From the NCBI GenBank assembly GCA_048885535.1, contig JBHLLO010000013.1, positions 1 to 60,459 of the forward strand: a DNA stretch of 60,459 nt, given 5' to 3'. This DNA comes from Candidatus Hermodarchaeota archaeon. Lineage in GTDB: Archaea > Asgardarchaeota > Lokiarchaeia > Sigyniarchaeales > SOKP01. The translations under genes and the position numbers were made by a program. The notes under the pieces are model-generated. The model made no database searches. It saw nothing but the letters and a program-made list of their open reading frames with translations, and was not told the DNA's origin. Below are positions 20,192 through 30,509 of this stretch, piece after piece (within the stretch, counting starts at the first letter, position 1; every line of letters begins with the position of its first letter).

Positions 20192-22549
20192 ATGGTTAAG
20201 AAGTCAGATTTGAAAAAATTGAATTCTATGATGGAACAAGCCGAGAAGCTTAAAACGGAAAAGAAATATAATAAGGCAGTCGAGTCTTACTTAGAAGCAA
20301 TAGATTTTGTTGAAGATAAAATAAAGGAAGAGGAGAATAAAAAAGATGAAATTGATAATATCAAATCCCAAATAGATCAAATATATTCAGTTGAAATAAT
20401 TGATATACTTGAGAAAGCTTATGTACATGTCAAAAACAATAATTTTAATGATGCCTTTATCACTTTTGATGAGGCCATAAGAATTGCAGAAAAGATTGAA
20501 GACATTGATTTGAAAGAAGCTGAGTTAAGTGAAATTACAGCACATATTGAGCATAATCGATTAGAAGAGTCAATATATCAAGGAGAAAAATTAATATTAG
20601 AGGAGAAATACGAAAATGCAATTGGATATTTAAAAAATACTTTAGAAAAAGCGGCTCAAATTTATAAAAACCAACCTAACCATGAAATAATTGCCAGAAT
20701 AAAAAGCAAGATCAATCAAACATATTCTAAAAGAATAGAGATATTAGTTCAACAAGGTAATCAATCAAAAGTGCTTGGTAGTTCAGAATCAGCTATAAAA
20801 TCTTATGAAAATGCACTAATGATAACAGAAGAGTTATTTGAATCGGAGTTAAAAAATACAGAAATAATAATAGTCAGAAACTTGATAAATCAGATCTATA
20901 GTAATGATATTAAACCTTTAGTTGATAAGGGTAAACATTTCATTGAACAGAAATATTTTGAAGATGCTGTAAAAGAATTTGAAAGAGCAATAGACTTAGC
21001 ATATAAAATGTTTGATTCTGAACAAAAGAAAAGTGAGATTGACAAGATTAATGAAGTTGCTGCTGATGTTTTAAATCCTGTCTATGAAGAGAGATTAAAG
21101 CCAATTCTAGGTAAAGGAAAGGAAATAATAATTAAAGAGAATTATGCTGACGATATAGTAATTGTCAATGAAGCGTTAGGGTATTTTGAAAAGGCATTAG
21201 ATATTGCAATTAGAATGGCAGATTCGAGAGAACGCGATTTAAAAGTCAAAGATATTGAGGATTTAATTAATAAAATATGCAAGAAGAGAATTGAATTATT
21301 AAATGACAATTCTCTAAGAATGATTGCTCAACGAGATTTTGATGGGGCAGTGAGCGAATTGTACGGTGCCATAAGTATAGCAAAGAGAATGACAATACCT
21401 GAAGATGATAACCAAGAGCTTGAAAAATTGAAAAACTCTGTTAATAAAGCTTATTCTTCTCAAATTGAAGATATTCTTCGAGAGGGAAAAGGTTTATTGG
21501 AACAGAAAGAATATGATAAAGCTCTTGTTATCTTTAATAGAGCTTTGGAGATCACTAATAAAATGTACCTTAATGAACAAATGGAACAAGAAGTTAATAT
21601 GATTAAAAGCTTAATCTACCAGGCGGAATTGAAACATTTAGTTGGTAGAGGAGATTTAGTTGAGGAACAGAAGAGATTTAAGAGAGAATTAGAAAAATTA
21701 AGCAAAAAAGTGGAATATGCAAAGACTATCGATGATCCAGAAAGAAGATTTGACGAAATGAATAAGATTAAAAAAGATATTGATAAAGTACACCACTCTG
21801 AAATCAAATTATTTATTGAACAAGCTGAGCAATTATCTGAAGAGCATAATTTCAATGAAGCATTCGAATATTTCGAAAAAGCAATTTCTATTAATCAGTT
21901 AATCGAAGATTCTGAATATAAAGATAAAATACCGATTAAAACAAAATACAAAAATACATTGATAGAAAAAGCAAAGTTGGCGATAGCGGATAAGAGTTTT
22001 GATAAGGCAATAGAAGATTGTAAAAAAGCTCTTGGTTTAGATAGTGCGTTTATAGACGCTTTCTTTTATATGGGAGTGACCAATACTGAAAAACAGGACT
22101 ATGATACGGCAATTCAAAATTTCAAAAAGGCTTTGGACTTAAACAAAAACCATTCTAAATCATGGAATTCTTTAGGATTAGTTTATGAAAGGAAAAGGGA
22201 TTTTGATAATGCTATCGAATCTTATAGTAAAGCTGTTGAAATAGAACCTTTCTATGCTAAAGCATTCTATAATATGGCAAATTCTTTCAGATTAAAACGT
22301 GATTATGGTAGAGCGATAGATAATTATAAAAAGGCAATTGAGATAGAATCTGATTTTGCATTAGCATGGTTATTCTTAGGTTTTACCTACATGGATAGAA
22401 AAGATTATAATACAGCTATTGAACATATAAGTAAAGCAGTAAATTTAGCTCCAAAATTAGCTTCAGATCTGTCTTCTCTAATTAAAAGCTTCAATGACAC
22501 AATTCTTAAGATTGAAGAGAAGTTATCAGATAAGTTTGATAATCGATAA
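20192..22549 (+). CDS. Large TPR-repeat protein
   Basis: Repeated helical hairpins; canonical TPRs at the C-terminus (SWNSLGLVYERKRDFDNAIESYSKAVEIEP). Confidence 0.9.
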   Translation: MVKKSDLKKLNSMMEQAEKLKTEKKYNKAVESYLEAIDFVEDKIKEEENKKDEIDNIKSQIDQIYSVEIIDILEKAYVHVKNNNFNDAFITFDEAIRIAEKIEDIDLKEAELSEITAHIEHNRLEESIYQGEKLILEEKYENAIGYLKNTLEKAAQIYKNQPNHEIIARIKSKINQTYSKRIEILVQQGNQSKVLGSSESAIKSYENALMITEELFESELKNTEIIIVRNLINQIYSNDIKPLVDKGKHFIEQKYFEDAVKEFERAIDLAYKMFDSEQKKSEIDKINEVAADVLNPVYEERLKPILGKGKEIIIKENYADDIVIVNEALGYFEKALDIAIRMADSRERDLKVKDIEDLINKICKKRIELLNDNSLRMIAQRDFDGAVSELYGAISIAKRMTIPEDDNQELEKLKNSVNKAYSSQIEDILREGKGLLEQKEYDKALVIFNRALEITNKMYLNEQMEQEVNMIKSLIYQAELKHLVGRGDLVEEQKRFKRELEKLSKKVEYAKTIDDPERRFDEMNKIKKDIDKVHHSEIKLFIEQAEQLSEEHNFNEAFEYFEKAISINQLIEDSEYKDKIPIKTKYKNTLIEKAKLAIADKSFDKAIEDCKKALGLDSAFIDAFFYMGVTNTEKQDYDTAIQNFKKALDLNKNHSKSWNSLGLVYERKRDFDNAIESYSKAVEIEPFYAKAFYNMANSFRLKRDYGRAIDNYKKAIEIESDFALAWLFLGFTYMDRKDYNTAIEHISKAVNLAPKLASDLSSLIKSFNDTILKIEEKLSDKFDNR

Positions 22550-22575
22550 ATTCGTAAAAAAAAGAAAGAGAAAAT

Positions 22576-23472
22576 TTATAATAGATTAGATGCGTATTGT
22601 TCAACAAGGTATTCAATTTTCGATTGATCTAGCACTTCTTCATCGAGTTCAGGACACATATGTTCTAAATGGCATAGTAATTCGTATAAACCTTCTTCAG
22701 CTTGCTTGAGATTTACATTATCACTTTCGTGTATGACGATAGAGCCTAAAAGGTGTTTAGAGCGTTTAAAAATTATTAGATTTTCACCCATCTTTAATTG
22801 ATTTAATTCAGAATTGAATGATTCTTTCACAAAGCTATTAATGGCTGAAAACAATCCCCCTTGTAAAATTTGTTGGCTATCAGAAGAAGTTAAAGGAATA
22901 CCTCCTTGGTCAAATACGGTGACAGCCTTTATATTAAGTTTCTTAGTTAATTGCTTACCAGTAAGTCTATAGTAGATTTTCATAAAGGCAGGTACAATTC
23001 CATAACCAGTTTTGCAAGAAATAGGTATAATTTCAAAAGAGGCAATTTTAGATAAATCAAGAGCGTCGATTATTTCACCAACTTGAGCTGTTGGTCTTAA
23101 ATCGTACTTATTTGCTAGAACAATCAATGCTTTTTTCTTGAAAACCGATGATAACTTCCACAGCTCATCCTTTGCTTCATTAAATCGTTCTCGAGCATAG
23201 GCATCAATCATAAAGATTATACATTCTGCATCTGACATCTCATGGAGCCATAATTCACGAAAATCTTTCTGACCTCCCATATCCATAATATTTATACGAA
23301 TCCCTTGGACTTCCATTTGAGTTAGCTGCTTTCCCATAGTTGGAGTGTGTTCAATAAAAGTTCCATTTTGTAAAAATGATACAAGAGTGGTTTTACCTGC
23401 TGAATCTAATCCACAAATAACTACTTTTTTTTCTTTAGTAAATATTCGTTTTAATATGTCTTTAACTCCCAT
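22576..23472 (-). CDS. Arf-like small GTPase fused to a C-terminal longin-like domain
   Basis: Basic amphipathic N-terminus MGVKDILKRIF; GLDSAGKTT, PTMG, DMGGQ, NKYD, SCK; longin pattern 'VTVFDQGGIPL...LQGGLFSAINSFVKESF...QLKMG'. Confidence 0.88.
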   Translation of the reverse strand: MGVKDILKRIFTKEKKVVICGLDSAGKTTLVSFLQNGTFIEHTPTMGKQLTQMEVQGIRINIMDMGGQKDFRELWLHEMSDAECIIFMIDAYARERFNEAKDELWKLSSVFKKKALIVLANKYDLRPTAQVGEIIDALDLSKIASFEIIPISCKTGYGIVPAFMKIYYRLTGKQLTKKLNIKAVTVFDQGGIPLTSSDSQQILQGGLFSAINSFVKESFNSELNQLKMGENLIIFKRSKHLLGSIVIHESDNVNLKQAEEGLYELLCHLEHMCPELDEEVLDQSKIEYLVEQYASNLL

Positions 23473-23740
23473 TTTTTTCGAACTTTTTCAATATTTTGAT
23501 TCTTATACAGGAAATCTTACTTTAAAAAATGATAATAATATTTGAATAAAAATGCATATATTCTTCCAAATTTTTGTTATACTGCGACAAAAGAAGATTA
23601 TTTCAAATTGAGAGGAAATTCCTAAATTTCACTGGAAAATTATGAAACTTAACTGTTCCTTAATAGCAAACTACCCGTACCCCGACCGATATTTCATAAA
23701 AAAAGATTATTAAGAAAAAAGTTAGGAAAAAATTATTGAT

Positions 23741-24400
23741 TTATTCTTTAGTTACGAATTTAGCTATCCAAGTACCCAAAATCTTTTGTTCTTCTTCCTG
23801 ATTCACAAAAATATATTTCTCATAAAATCCACGAGTTCCAAGAAAGAACATAACAATCGCTATTGCTCTGAATATCCCCATTATTAATGCAACTGGAATT
23901 GCTTGCCCTATTCCCCAAATTAGAAAAAACATTCCCATTCCGAATGCTAAACCATTCCTTTTCTTTTTGCCATCTCTCAGTAAAAAATATGCGGGAGTAT
24001 AACTAACAATCATAGCATATATTACAAAAGTCATTGGGGTAGTATTTAATATATGCCCTAAAATAAGATAAAAAGCAATAACAAATGGTAAGGTGTAGAA
24101 CTTAGTTAAACCTCGTAAGTACAACATAAATTCAAATTGGATGGTAAATAGCATATACCCTAATACATAACCAAATCTTAAGCCTCCAAATAGATATACA
24201 TTTGTGTCTATTTCTAATAAATAGGTGAGTAGGTTAATTGTTGAATATGCTATAACTCCAACTGTGTAAGCACTTATTGCAATATACATTCTGTTTTTAC
24301 TTTCCTTCCAGTTCTTAAAAACGGGGATAATGGCTAAAACACCGAAAACTATTATGAAAATTTCAAATAACATATATTCTAAATTCAACATTTTAAGCAA
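23741..24400 (-). CDS. Seven-transmembrane protein
   Basis: Seven hydrophobic segments by eye; 'KKRNGLAFGMG' before TM6; overlaps the upstream gene. Confidence 0.8.
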   Translation of the reverse strand: MLKMLNLEYMLFEIFIIVFGVLAIIPVFKNWKESKNRMYIAISAYTVGVIAYSTINLLTYLLEIDTNVYLFGGLRFGYVLGYMLFTIQFEFMLYLRGLTKFYTLPFVIAFYLILGHILNTTPMTFVIYAMIVSYTPAYFLLRDGKKKRNGLAFGMGMFFLIWGIGQAIPVALIMGIFRAIAIVMFFLGTRGFYEKYIFVNQEEEQKILGTWIAKFVTKE

Positions 24401-25034
24401 CTACCTCCTCTTTAAACACTTTAAAATACCCAAGCGAGAGTATTACAATGAAAACATCGTATATAAGAATAATAATCTGAGTTACAAATGAAATTTCGAT
24501 CACTAATGTACTAAATGCTAATGTGAAAAGTATGCCTAAGCCAAGTGCCCCGTTATCCTTTACACGAAAACCAGTGAAGTAAATAAACACTAGACTAATA
24601 ATAGCTGCAATTTGAATATAGATTTCAACCCATGCATCAAATCCAGTTAAGAAGTAAAATATTACCATGCCTCCAAAGAAAAAGAATGAGAAAAAGTACA
24701 GGGATTCCCATCTATTTGCATAAAAAACTAAGCAAAGCCCTAATGAAACCATGGTTCCAATTAAAATAGAGTAGAGATTTATCGTTTCAATATTGAATCC
24801 AAAGATACTACTTAAGAATGGAATAACCGAAAACTCAACGAGAATTTCGAAAACACTCATCAATGCGAAACAGAAGAATATCCCAAAAGTTAATAACCGG
24901 ACAATATTGTACCTTCCTGTGGTTCTCTTTTCTTTAATAATTTTCCTTCCAATGATTAGCGTAGCCACTGGAATTAGAATAGCGCTGAGAATATATCCTG
25001 TAAATCTTAAACCTTCAAGTATTATATCAACCAT
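24393..25034 (-). CDS. Seven-transmembrane protein (distant paralog of 23741..24400)
   Basis: Seven hydrophobic segments; 'RVKDNGALGLG' before TM6; TAATG coupling to the upstream gene. Confidence 0.8.
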   Translation of the reverse strand: MVDIILEGLRFTGYILSAILIPVATLIIGRKIIKEKRTTGRYNIVRLLTFGIFFCFALMSVFEILVEFSVIPFLSSIFGFNIETINLYSILIGTMVSLGLCLVFYANRWESLYFFSFFFFGGMVIFYFLTGFDAWVEIYIQIAAIISLVFIYFTGFRVKDNGALGLGILFTLAFSTLVIEISFVTQIIILIYDVFIVILSLGYFKVFKEEVVA

Positions 25035-25531
25035 TATAAAAAACTCCCTTTTAACTGTGGTTTTTCTTTTAATATCTTAGATTTAATTTCCTTAAATATT
25101 TTTGAAAATTCTATTAATATATTTTCAATTATGACATCTTTCTCTTCATTAATACCTTCATATATAATCTGCTGATTATCTAAGAGAGTTTTTTCACTTA
25201 ATGCATCATTACAACTCAAAATTCTTATTAACTCCATCAAAGCAGGTTTATAGATTTCAACTTTATCTCTTTTACCTAGTAATACTGCCAATGAGAAGAG
25301 ATCGTCTCGATTTTGAATCTGACTTACTGAAAAGACATATGATAAAACATTATATTTTTTATACTTATCAACTATAAAGTCTCCCGGTTTTGCTCCTATT
25401 GGAAAGCATTTAGATAAAATTTCATTGGATTCTCTAAGAGGAATTTCAAGTGAAGGATATGTACTAAGTAACTCAGGATTGCTATTTACAAAACCCCCTA
25501 ATTTACATAGAATAGACCACTCTGATGTCAT
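25034..25531 (-). CDS. uDENN/longin-like domain protein
   Basis: 'PELLSTYP...ILSKCFPIG...VLSYVFSV...RDDLFSLAVLL...YKPALMELI' fits the uDENN pattern. Confidence 0.55.
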   Translation of the reverse strand: MTSEWSILCKLGGFVNSNPELLSTYPSLEIPLRESNEILSKCFPIGAKPGDFIVDKYKKYNVLSYVFSVSQIQNRDDLFSLAVLLGKRDKVEIYKPALMELIRILSCNDALSEKTLLDNQQIIYEGINEEKDVIIENILIEFSKIFKEIKSKILKEKPQLKGSFL

Positions 25532-25725
25532 TATGAAAACCTCATTTAAATTAGCATGTGAGTCAGAATTTCAATAACCCTGTTATTGACTCTTTTATCT
25601 AATTTAAATTGAATGTAGTAATTTTCAAATTTAAATAAACAGCTTTTTTTATCTTTTTGTGATCACGTACCGTATAAGTTTTGTACAAAAGATTAATATT
25701 TCATGAGTTTGTGGTAAAAAAAGTT

Positions 25726-26991
25726 TTATTTTAACATTACTTTGAAAAATCTAGGTCCTAATGTTATTTTTGAAAGAGTGGGAAGTGCACTAAATAACTG
25801 CTCCCCCACATATCTATCATTATCAGTATCGTATTTCGAAAGATCCTGAATAGTATGTGCCTCATAAACATATTTTCTAACAGTCTTGTTTGTAAGAAGG
25901 AGATTTGTATATGTACTCCAAAGGGATTTTACATAAGACCCTCCGCCATAAAATAAATATTCACAAGCATCTCCATTTCTAAAATACCCTTTTAGAAGAA
26001 TCCGAGAGATTTCTTGTTCATAACTAGTTAATTCTGCTTTTGTAAAATTACTATTATGCTCCAACAATGTTTTAATTAGGTTATTTGCTACATCTGCACA
26101 TACTAAACCGCACAGGATTCCCTCGTAGAAATAAGCAGTAACTATTCCTGCTGCTTCTCCAAGAATAATGATTCTATCTTTTGTAAATGACTTTATAGGG
26201 TGTTTTGAAATTGAACCACTAACAAATTCATTCTTATTCCAGGAAAGCCCTCTTATAAATTTTTGTATCTTTTCATAATTACGCAGAATACGATCTAATT
26301 TATTAGATAATTCGCTATGAGATTCCGTATTTCCTAAATATCCAGTAGAAATTCTTCCCTTTCCAACATTAAAAAAGAATGGTCCATTTGGACTTATATT
26401 AGGATTTAAATGAAACATATATTGAAAATTAAAATTTTCATCTAATATTTCCTCATCGGCAAAAATATTTGTATATACTCCCATATAGGAATCTGGGATT
26501 TCAAATCCTAATGATCTTTGAATGTTAAATCCCCGCGAGCCAGTAGCTAAAACTAACAGTTTACATTTATATGATTCTCCTTTATCATTAATAATTTCGA
26601 TGTAATCCTTATGTTTATTTACTTTAATAATTCTTTCATTATAATGTGCTGTACCACCTTGATTTTTAAAACTATCCAGAAGTTTTTTAATAAAAACCTC
26701 GGTATGAGAAATTTTTCCTAAGGGCGCTCCGAATTCTTCTGAATTTAAAAGCCCATCATGTTTATCACTCTTATAATTCAATTGTAGAAATGGCCGTGGA
26801 AAAGTGGATTGGTCATTCCAAAATTTTTCTTCTATATAGGGCTTGTTATGCTCTGCAAATATATTTGTTCTGACTGGAATTTCTTTATTATAATCCTGAG
26901 CTTCTATAAGTAGAGTCTCTGCGAATCCAGAGATTTTACTTGCAAAGGATGCACCGGCTACCCCAGCTCCTATAATAATTACATCATACAT
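25726..26991 (-). CDS. FAD-dependent oxidoreductase, geranylgeranyl-reductase-like
   Basis: YDVIIIGAGVAG, LVLATG, ILGEAAG...YEGI. Confidence 0.8.
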   Translation of the reverse strand: MYDVIIIGAGVAGASFASKISGFAETLLIEAQDYNKEIPVRTNIFAEHNKPYIEEKFWNDQSTFPRPFLQLNYKSDKHDGLLNSEEFGAPLGKISHTEVFIKKLLDSFKNQGGTAHYNERIIKVNKHKDYIEIINDKGESYKCKLLVLATGSRGFNIQRSLGFEIPDSYMGVYTNIFADEEILDENFNFQYMFHLNPNISPNGPFFFNVGKGRISTGYLGNTESHSELSNKLDRILRNYEKIQKFIRGLSWNKNEFVSGSISKHPIKSFTKDRIIILGEAAGIVTAYFYEGILCGLVCADVANNLIKTLLEHNSNFTKAELTSYEQEISRILLKGYFRNGDACEYLFYGGGSYVKSLWSTYTNLLLTNKTVRKYVYEAHTIQDLSKYDTDNDRYVGEQLFSALPTLSKITLGPRFFKVMLK

Positions 26992-27048
26992 ATTAAGAGT
27001 TTTAATCCTTAACCATAAAAAAAGATTATTTTTCTAATAAAATCAAAC

Positions 27049-27801
27049 CTAAATAATGTTTTCAATTGTCTTTGACATTTTATTTAGATTCACTTCTGCC
27101 ATACCAAGGGGTACAGATGATTCAAATAGAATTACTATTAATAAAGGGTCTAATTTCCAGGGAATTTTCACAATTTTAGAAAATACTTTTTGTTCATTGT
27201 CTAAACTATAAAATGTTGTATTAAATTCGCTAGCAACCATGTACCGAATTTCTAATTCTTTTAATGACGATAATAATATCTCTTGAGGTAAGGACGAGTA
27301 AATAACTTTTCCATTAATCGCAAAAAGGGCAGCTCCGAGAATTTCATTTTCAAATATGAGAGTTTTTATCATCTCAACTATTTTTCGATAAAGAGCTTGA
27401 CTTGATGTAATTTCTTCTTCCCCTGTAATCATTAAATCTATTTTTGAATCAAAATCCTCATTATCAATTTGTTCATATTCTTCAATATCATTTTCGGCTA
27501 AGAACGAATCAAATACCTTAGCTATACCATTTAATCTTGAATTTATGAATAATAGACTTGCACTTGAATCTGCGAGGATTGCAAATATATAATCTATTTC
27601 AGTTTTAAATACAAACCTAAAACCACCCATTTCAAGTACTTCTGGTGTTTTCTTTGAAATTACACTCTCCGAAAATGAAAAAATAGCAGAAAAAAAAGGA
27701 GTAATTAAATTGGCTTCAATATTCTCAAAATTATCTGTGAAATTCCGACTATAGATGCAAACTCCACTTTTCGTTAATATGAATAATGAATGAATTTTCA
27801 T
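27049..27801 (-). CDS. Longin + roadblock-like two-domain protein
   Basis: N-terminal 'HSLFILTKSGVCIYSRNF...LITPFFSAIFSFS...LEMGG'; C-terminal 'ILGAALFAINGKVIYSSLP...VPLGMAEVNL'. Confidence 0.7.
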   Translation of the reverse strand: MKIHSLFILTKSGVCIYSRNFTDNFENIEANLITPFFSAIFSFSESVISKKTPEVLEMGGFRFVFKTEIDYIFAILADSSASLLFINSRLNGIAKVFDSFLAENDIEEYEQIDNEDFDSKIDLMITGEEEITSSQALYRKIVEMIKTLIFENEILGAALFAINGKVIYSSLPQEILLSSLKELEIRYMVASEFNTTFYSLDNEQKVFSKIVKIPWKLDPLLIVILFESSVPLGMAEVNLNKMSKTIENII

Positions 27802-27895
27802 TTAACCTTAACACTCCTATAAATGCTTTAAAGAAATATAGGTTTATAAGTATTTTTAGAATAAACTCTCCATAGATTATCTTTTTATGTTGATT

Positions 27896-28777
27896 CTATT
27901 GTTTTCCTAATTCCTTAATAGTTCTCTCAATTTGTGTTTTAATTTCGCTCCATGATGCCATTCTTTTAATTATAGGCCTCCCATTCATAGCTATACCTCG
28001 AGAAATCCCAAACTTCTTAATTATTTCTTTATTGTTTGTGTCCATGAGCTTCAAATTGACATCTGGGAATTTTTTTATATTTTTTTTAATATCTTCGATC
28101 ATAAAACATTTCCAAGGGCATTGACTATTTACAAAAACCTTAAGGTCCCATGGATTTGAATCCATTTCGATTTGATTTTTAATAAGATAAGGAACCTTAT
28201 TTGAACCTTGATCTAAATAAAGAAGAACTCTCTTATCATCACGATCTACTTCTTTAAATCCAAATTTCTGAAAAAATTGCATTGGCATATATTTTATTGT
28301 AGTTCCAAACCATTTCTCTTTATCATATGTTAAAACACTAGCACCTCCAAATTGTTTTGCACGTCCAAGAAAAGTGTCCATTAATGCTTTTCCTACTCCT
28401 GTATTCCAAAAAACTGGTAAAATCCAGATACAATTTATAAATAAGGAATACTCACCTTCAATGGGCTCCAAAGCAAATTCGATGGGGATACTTTCAAGTA
28501 ATCCCATAGGTACTTGGTTCTTTATTGCTAAATCCGAATGACGCATTTTACCAGCCCACTTATAATGAATTATTTCATCTTTAGGCGTATCAAGAGCTAC
28601 TAAGATTTCTAATCCCCTTTTCATCATTTTCTTTATCCAAAGTATTCTTTCTTCCATGCATTTTTCCATTACTTTTTTCAATTTACTCCCTACGCTCGGA
28701 TCCAAACAAATAGCAGGAATATAATCCAATTCTTCTTCAGAGATGTTTTTTATTTCCAAGATTGCCCCCTTGATCAT
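27896..28777 (-). CDS. GNAT acetyltransferase with C-terminal thioredoxin-like (YoaP-like) domain
   Basis: FINCIWI...WNTGVGKALM acetyl-CoA motif, FFQKFGF, SQCPW. Confidence 0.75.
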   Translation of the reverse strand: MIKGAILEIKNISEEELDYIPAICLDPSVGSKLKKVMEKCMEERILWIKKMMKRGLEILVALDTPKDEIIHYKWAGKMRHSDLAIKNQVPMGLLESIPIEFALEPIEGEYSLFINCIWILPVFWNTGVGKALMDTFLGRAKQFGGASVLTYDKEKWFGTTIKYMPMQFFQKFGFKEVDRDDKRVLLYLDQGSNKVPYLIKNQIEMDSNPWDLKVFVNSQCPWKCFMIEDIKKNIKKFPDVNLKLMDTNNKEIIKKFGISRGIAMNGRPIIKRMASWSEIKTQIERTIKELGKQ

Positions 28778-29013
28778 TTGTACTATTTAAATTAATTTTT
28801 TATAAAATTTCAAGTTTAAAAAATTATTAAATATAACGTTATAAAAAGATCTTAATTTCGCTTCTTTACTAGAAATCTTGATGAAATTTCAACTTTATGC
28901 TTGTAAGTTATGATTTTTTTTTCACAATAAAGACATTTAAATAGGGGAGATTATTATCTTCAATTAAGAGAAGGTTATGCGTTAATCACGCACAACCTTT
29001 AAAAAACATAGAA

Positions 29014-29436
29014 TTGATGAAGAGAATGTCTAACGACGATATAGAAAAAATTCGTTTAAAAAAAGCTGAAATGCTGATAAAGTCGCAGATCATGCCAAAA
29101 GAAATTGTGAAAGTCCATTCAATTGCAGAATATGATAAGTTATTAAAAGATTATCCGGAAAAAGTAATAATCATAGATTTTTGGGCAATTTGGTGTGGTC
29201 CATGTATGATGTTTGCTCCCATTTTTGAAAAATTACAGCAAGAACATGCTAAAGAATTCGTATTTGTAAAAGTAAACGTGGATGAAAATCCTTCTATTGC
29301 ACAGAGATATAGGATAACCGGTATTCCAACCACACTCTTTATAAAAAATGAGAAAGTGGTACATAAAATAGTAGGGGCAGTAAATCAAGAATATATGGAA
29401 AGAGTCCTTGAGAAACTTAAGTCATTTTCCAAATAA
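29014..29436 (+). CDS. trxA: Thioredoxin
   Basis: IDFWAIWCGPC active site; GIPT cis-Pro motif. Confidence 0.93.
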   Translation: MMKRMSNDDIEKIRLKKAEMLIKSQIMPKEIVKVHSIAEYDKLLKDYPEKVIIIDFWAIWCGPCMMFAPIFEKLQQEHAKEFVFVKVNVDENPSIAQRYRITGIPTTLFIKNEKVVHKIVGAVNQEYMERVLEKLKSFSK

Positions 29437-29480
29437 TTTCATTTTTTTATTTTTTATTATTAATTATTTCTTTTCGAGGA

Positions 29481-29933
29481 TTGAAAATCATGGAAAGTAT
29501 TATTGAACAGTTAGAAGAAAAAGATGTATTTAAGAGTGAAAAGTTATTTAAATGTATACTTGGACTGAATGAAATACAAGCTAATGTTTTTTCATATATC
29601 CTCAAACATGAAAATGTTAGCACAATGGAACTAACAGAGGTTCTGGATAAGGATAGAAGCTCAATACAAAGAGCTTTAGGAGAATTAATTAAGCTAAAAA
29701 TAATCAGTAGAGATTCAACATCATTGAAAGACTATTTTGAATTTAAGGGGATTGATAATGATACTAACGATAATAAAAGAGGATATGTCTATGTATATAG
29801 TGCAAAAGATATAGATGAAATAAAAAACGAATTTAGAGACTTATTAGATAAATGGTATTATTCCATGGTCAATTATATTGATAACTTAGATAGTTTATTC
29901 GATTGTTATGAAGTGGATGGTAAACTCTGTTAA
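29481..29933 (+). CDS. Winged-HTH transcriptional regulator (TrmB/MarR-like)
   Basis: KCILGL...STMELTEVLDKDRSSIQRALGEL...GYVYVY. Confidence 0.82.
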   Translation: MKIMESIIEQLEEKDVFKSEKLFKCILGLNEIQANVFSYILKHENVSTMELTEVLDKDRSSIQRALGELIKLKIISRDSTSLKDYFEFKGIDNDTNDNKRGYVYVYSAKDIDEIKNEFRDLLDKWYYSMVNYIDNLDSLFDCYEVDGKLC

Positions 29934-29977
29934 TATATTCTCTTTTTAGAAGTACTTTTTAAATATCTGAATTGAAT

Positions 29978-30337
29978 TTATAGGTATATATTTAATTTGT
30001 CGATATCATCTCTTATTTTAGATATTCGTTTCAACTGTTCTTCTTGACTGTCTATACCTTGTAAATCCTCATCTAAATGCAATTTTTCATCCATATAAGC
30101 CCTTTGCACTAACATTCCATACCTGATTGCATAAGCTACTAACTCAGGTATTAAAGAGATCATACTTTTAAAAGTAAAAATCCCGCTTAATGTACTTAAG
30201 ATACTTACCATTTCTCTAAAAGGATCTACATCAATTTCAGGCTTTTTCATTAATTCCATTATCTTTCTAAAGAGAATTTCATAAAATACTTCAAGCTCTG
30301 CTTTATTAAGTTTAAATTCTTCCTCTTCTTCACCCAT
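29978..30337 (-). CDS. Hypothetical protein
   Basis: 119-aa helical ORF with AGGTG upstream. Confidence 0.7.
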   Translation of the reverse strand: MGEEEEEFKLNKAELEVFYEILFRKIMELMKKPEIDVDPFREMVSILSTLSGIFTFKSMISLIPELVAYAIRYGMLVQRAYMDEKLHLDEDLQGIDSQEEQLKRISKIRDDIDKLNIYL

Positions 30338-30509
30338 TACTTACACCTTAATACAATCCTAATTTTAGTTTCTAGTGAAAAATCAAATTAAAAAATGCAT
30401 ATATTTCTTTTGTATTATTTTAAATAAATTTAAAAATTTTCTAGATTAAGCCTTTATATAGTTATTATATAATTTCATAATTTACTTTTTTAATCAATGG
30501 ATTAGACCA

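Noticed and set aside
23741-25034. Rhodopsins (7TM proteins)
   Set aside because: No retinal-binding Lys motif in the seventh helix of either protein.
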